Assembly: GCF_003019035.1 (NCBI RefSeq)
Contig: NZ_CP027447.1
Strand: one strand, 5' to 3'
Source of the DNA: Escherichia coli
GTDB lineage: Bacteria > Pseudomonadota > Gammaproteobacteria > Enterobacterales > Enterobacteriaceae
DNA: 64,000 nt
The notes below the pieces were generated by a model. The model saw nothing but the letters and a program-made list of their open reading frames with translations, made no database searches and was not told the DNA's origin. The position numbers and the translations under genes were made by a program. Numbering within the stretch: position 1 is the first letter of the stretch; each line of letters begins with the position of its first letter. Shown here piece after piece: positions 61,190-64,000 of the stretch.

Positions 61190-62053
61190 TTAAATGCTTT
61201 TACCAAAAGTATTGCATTGTGCCGGATCGCCGCTGTCGAAACCACGTTTAAACCAGCTGTAGCGTTGCTGAGAAGTGCCATGAGTGAAACTGTCTGGTAC
61301 TACTCGCCCCTGACTTTGCTGTTGTAAACGGTCATCGCCGATGGCCTGCGCCGCGTTCAGCGCCTCTTCCAGATCGCCGGTTTCCAGAACACCTTGCTGC
61401 TGCATACTATGCCCCCAGACACCGGCAAAACAGTCGGCCTGGAGTTCCATACGCACAGATAAGCGGTTCACTTCCGCCTGCGTCGCGTTTTCTTGCAGTT
61501 GACGAACTTTCGGCTCGATGCCTAACAGTTTCTGCACATGATGACCGACTTCATGGGCGATAACGTACCCCTGGGCAAAATCGCCATCCGCGCCAAGTTT
61601 GTCTTTCATGTCATCATAGAAGGAGAGATCGATATAAACCGTGCCATCCGCCGGGCAATAGAACGGTCCCATAATGGATTGGCCCGCCCCGCAGCCGGTG
61701 CGCGTCATTCCACGGTACATGACCAGCTTCGGTTGCTGATAGGTTTTACCCATCTTCTCGAATTGCTGTCCCCAGGTGTCTTCCGTGGTTGCCAGAATCA
61801 CCGAAGTGAATTTTGCGGCTTCGTCTTCATTAGGACTAATTGACCGTGTTGATTGCTGTTGGGAAACCGGCTGTCCGGTCATCAACCCGGTTAAATCAAC
61901 GCCATAGTAGCCTGCAACCAGCACGACTATCAGTAAAATCAGCCCGCCTTTACCGCTTGGCAGGCGAAAACCTGGACCGCCCATTGACGGACCACCAGAG
62001 CTGTTGCGCCTGTCTTCAACATTGTCACTTTCACGTCGCCCTTGCCAACGCAT
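61190..62053 (-). CDS. ypfJ: Putative zinc metalloprotease-like protein YpfJ
   Basis: 287-aa [24 protein letters not shown]...; HEVGHH zinc-binding motif. Confidence 0.85.
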   Translation of the reverse strand: MRWQGRRESDNVEDRRNSSGGPSMGGPGFRLPSGKGGLILLIVVLVAGYYGVDLTGLMTGQPVSQQQSTRSISPNEDEAAKFTSVILATTEDTWGQQFEKMGKTYQQPKLVMYRGMTRTGCGAGQSIMGPFYCPADGTVYIDLSFYDDMKDKLGADGDFAQGYVIAHEVGHHVQKLLGIEPKVRQLQENATQAEVNRLSVRMELQADCFAGVWGHSMQQQGVLETGDLEEALNAAQAIGDDRLQQQSQGRVVPDSFTHGTSQQRYSWFKRGFDSGDPAQCNTFGKSI

Positions 62054-62220
62054 AGATACCTCAACAATATATTCATTATAGAAATGATCGTAGGTGGTTC
62101 AGAGGAAGATTACCACAGGAAAGCGGGATGAAATGGCGGAGGAATGAGCGTTCAATGCACATCTTCCGAGAGCGGTTGTCTTGCCGTGCCAGCTGCACGG
62201 CAAGATGATGAACAGAAAAA

Positions 62221-62934
62221 TCAGTCCAGCTGTACACCCAGGCGGCGGGCGACGGCTTCATAGGCCTCGATCAGGCCACCGAGGCTCTGGCGGAAACGGT
62301 CTTTGTCCATTTTCTCCAGCGTTTCTTTGTCCCACAAGCGGCTGCCGTCCGGGGAGAACTCATCGCCCAGTACCACTTCACCTTTGTACAGACCAAACTC
62401 CAGCTTGAAGTCGACCAGAATGAGACCAGCATCATCGAACAGTTTTTTCAGCACGTCGTTCGCTTTGTAGGTCAGCTCTTTCATGCGTGCCAGGTTCTCT
62501 TTGCTTACCCAGCCAAAGGTTTCGCAGTAAGATTCGTTGACCATCGGATCGTGCATGGCGTCGTTTTTCAGGAACAGATCGAACAGCGGCGGGTTCAGCT
62601 CAATACCTTCTTCGATTCCAAGACGTTTCACCAGAGAGCCAGCAGCACGGTTACGCACGACACACTCAACCGGCACCATATCCAGCTTTTTCACCAGACA
62701 TTCGGTATCGGAGAGCAGACGCTCCATTTGAGTCGGGATACCCGCTTCAGCCAGTTTGCTCATAATGAAGTAGTTGAACTTGTTGTTCACCATACCTTTG
62801 CGATCAAACTGCTCAATGCGCGCGCCATCCCCTGCTGACGTATCATTGCGGAATTCGAGCACCAACAGGTCCGGGTTTTCCGTGCTGTATACGGTTTTCG
62901 CTTTACCACGATACAACTCAGCTTGCTTTTGCAT
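62221..62934 (-). CDS. purC: SAICAR synthetase
   Basis: ORF track 62221..62943(-) trimmed to [37 protein letters not shown]; 237 aa. Confidence 0.95.
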
Positions 62935-63000
62935 CTTTATCACTCCTGGGTGTGAATTAACGTTTTAAAATCTATTGCTGTCTGGTGTGCCGGATGTTTT

Positions 63001-63034
63001 GTCGGATGCGGCAAGAACGCCTTATCCGACCTAC
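63001..63034. repeat. REP-like palindromic element upstream of purC
   Basis: gtcggatgcggcaagaacgccttatccgacctac (REP-type). Confidence 0.55.
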
Positions 63035-63087
63035 GTCCGACAAACAAATTTCGTGCGAATTACCGCTAAAATCGCATTTTTCTGCCG

Positions 63088-63103
63088 ACGCACACGTTTG
63101 CGT
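63088..63103. promoter_or_regulatory. Candidate PurR operator (PUR box) in the purC upstream region
   Basis: acgcacacgtttgcgt: 16-bp near-palindrome matching the PUR-box consensus (ACGCAAACGTTTTCGT), 154 bp upstream of the purC start. Confidence 0.5.
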
Positions 63104-63112
63104 ATCATATCA

Positions 63113-63140
63113 GAAAAAAGGGCCGGATGACTCCAGCCCT
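63113..63140 (-). terminator. Intrinsic terminator after bamC
   Basis: On the minus strand: gggcugg-agucau-ccggccc hairpin (one G-U pair) followed by uuuuuu, 7 bp after the bamC stop. Confidence 0.55.
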
Positions 63141-63146
63141 GTATTT

Positions 63147-64000
63147 TTACTTGCTAAACGCAGCCTGGAAGACAGCTACCAGCGCGTCATTCTGACTCTG
63201 AGTCAGAGTATGACCTTTCGGATCGATGAACTGTAGGCTGCTGCGGTTATCTAAATCGCCAACCTGCAGTTTATAGTCACCGGATGCCAGGCCTGGATCG
63301 CTCGCGCCCAGTTCCTGCCAGTCGCTGTCAGACAGCGGCTTGTAAGTTACGGCCATGTTACCCTGCGAACGGGTGCTGTCGGTCACTTTCATGCCCACTT
63401 TTTCCAGCGCCGCTGGCAGACGTTGCCAAACCACATTGAACGGCCCGCGTACGACCAGCATCGGTAAACCGGTGTCATCAGCTGCACTTTGTACGTCCAT
63501 AGTGGTGGAGGCACGATTTTGCGCAGCGTTCGCGGCGTCAGTGGCAGATTTATCCAGACCGGCGGAAATAACGTTCATCATCTCCGTGCTGTAACGCTGC
63601 ATGGAAGCCGCGTCTGCAACCGGTTTGCCCGCCTGTTCCAGGTTCAGCAGTTTAACCGTAACCGCCTGCTGATAACCCTGCGGCTTAACAGAGATTTGAT
63701 AACGACCACGATACTGCTCGTCTTCGTCCAGACGGTTCCATTGTACCCAATCGGTGGTCAGTGTCTGACCAGCATCATCACGTTGGGTGATGGTGTAGTT
63801 TTTCGCCTGCAGCACGCTAACCACCTGCGGCCACAGAGTATTGCCACGACCATTTTCCACCAGCAATGAAGCGGTATCGCCCGTGAACTGGGTACGCGCG
63901 CCAGAAACCAGTGCCAGCGGCTGGGCTGGTGGACGAATGTCCAGCGCCTTACCGACAGCACCACTACCGTTGGTCACCGGGATTGCATAATCACCGGAGG
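63147..64000 (-). CDS. bamC: Outer membrane protein assembly lipoprotein BamC (NlpB), partial (5' end beyond window end)
   Basis: Reverse frame open to the window edge (...[33 protein letters not shown]... to C-terminal ...VFQAAFSK); the Met shown by the ORF track at 63977 is an internal Val codon. Confidence 0.9.

Overview
This window reads as an Escherichia coli-type chromosomal segment running from ligA to bamC (gene order ligA-zipA-cysZ-cysK-ptsHI-crr-pdxK-yfeK-cysMAWUP-ucpA-murR-murQP-yfeW-yfeXYZ-ypeA-amiA-hemF-eut operon-maeB-talA-tktB-ypfG-nudK-aegA-narQ-acrD-ypfM-yffB-dapE-ypfN-ypfH-tmcA-ypfJ-purC-bamC). All calls come from reading the supplied six-frame translations against remembered protein N-termini and lengths; no database search was run. 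Where the ORF track began at an upstream in-frame ATG/GTG, I trimmed to the start that matches the known protein. The complete 17-gene ethanolamine-utilisation (eut) microcompartment operon is present and uninterrupted, so this is not K-12, which carries the CPZ-55 prophage between eutB and eutA. The only candidate accessory content is a two-gene cassette (family-1 glycosyltransferase plus an unknown ~300-aa protein) between the eutS promoter region and maeB. I found no CRISPR array, tRNA, rRNA, IS element, integrase or obvious defence system. Apart from that cassette, the window is ordinary, well-described core genome, and I see no convincing evidence of a novel system. Smaller points of interest are a ~58-bp GC-rich palindromic repeat present twice exactly 15,500 bp apart (one copy inside the eut operon), a yfeK/cysM junction of only 2 bp where I recall K-12 having yfeS, and the 19-aa ypfM ORF that the track's length cut-off misses.
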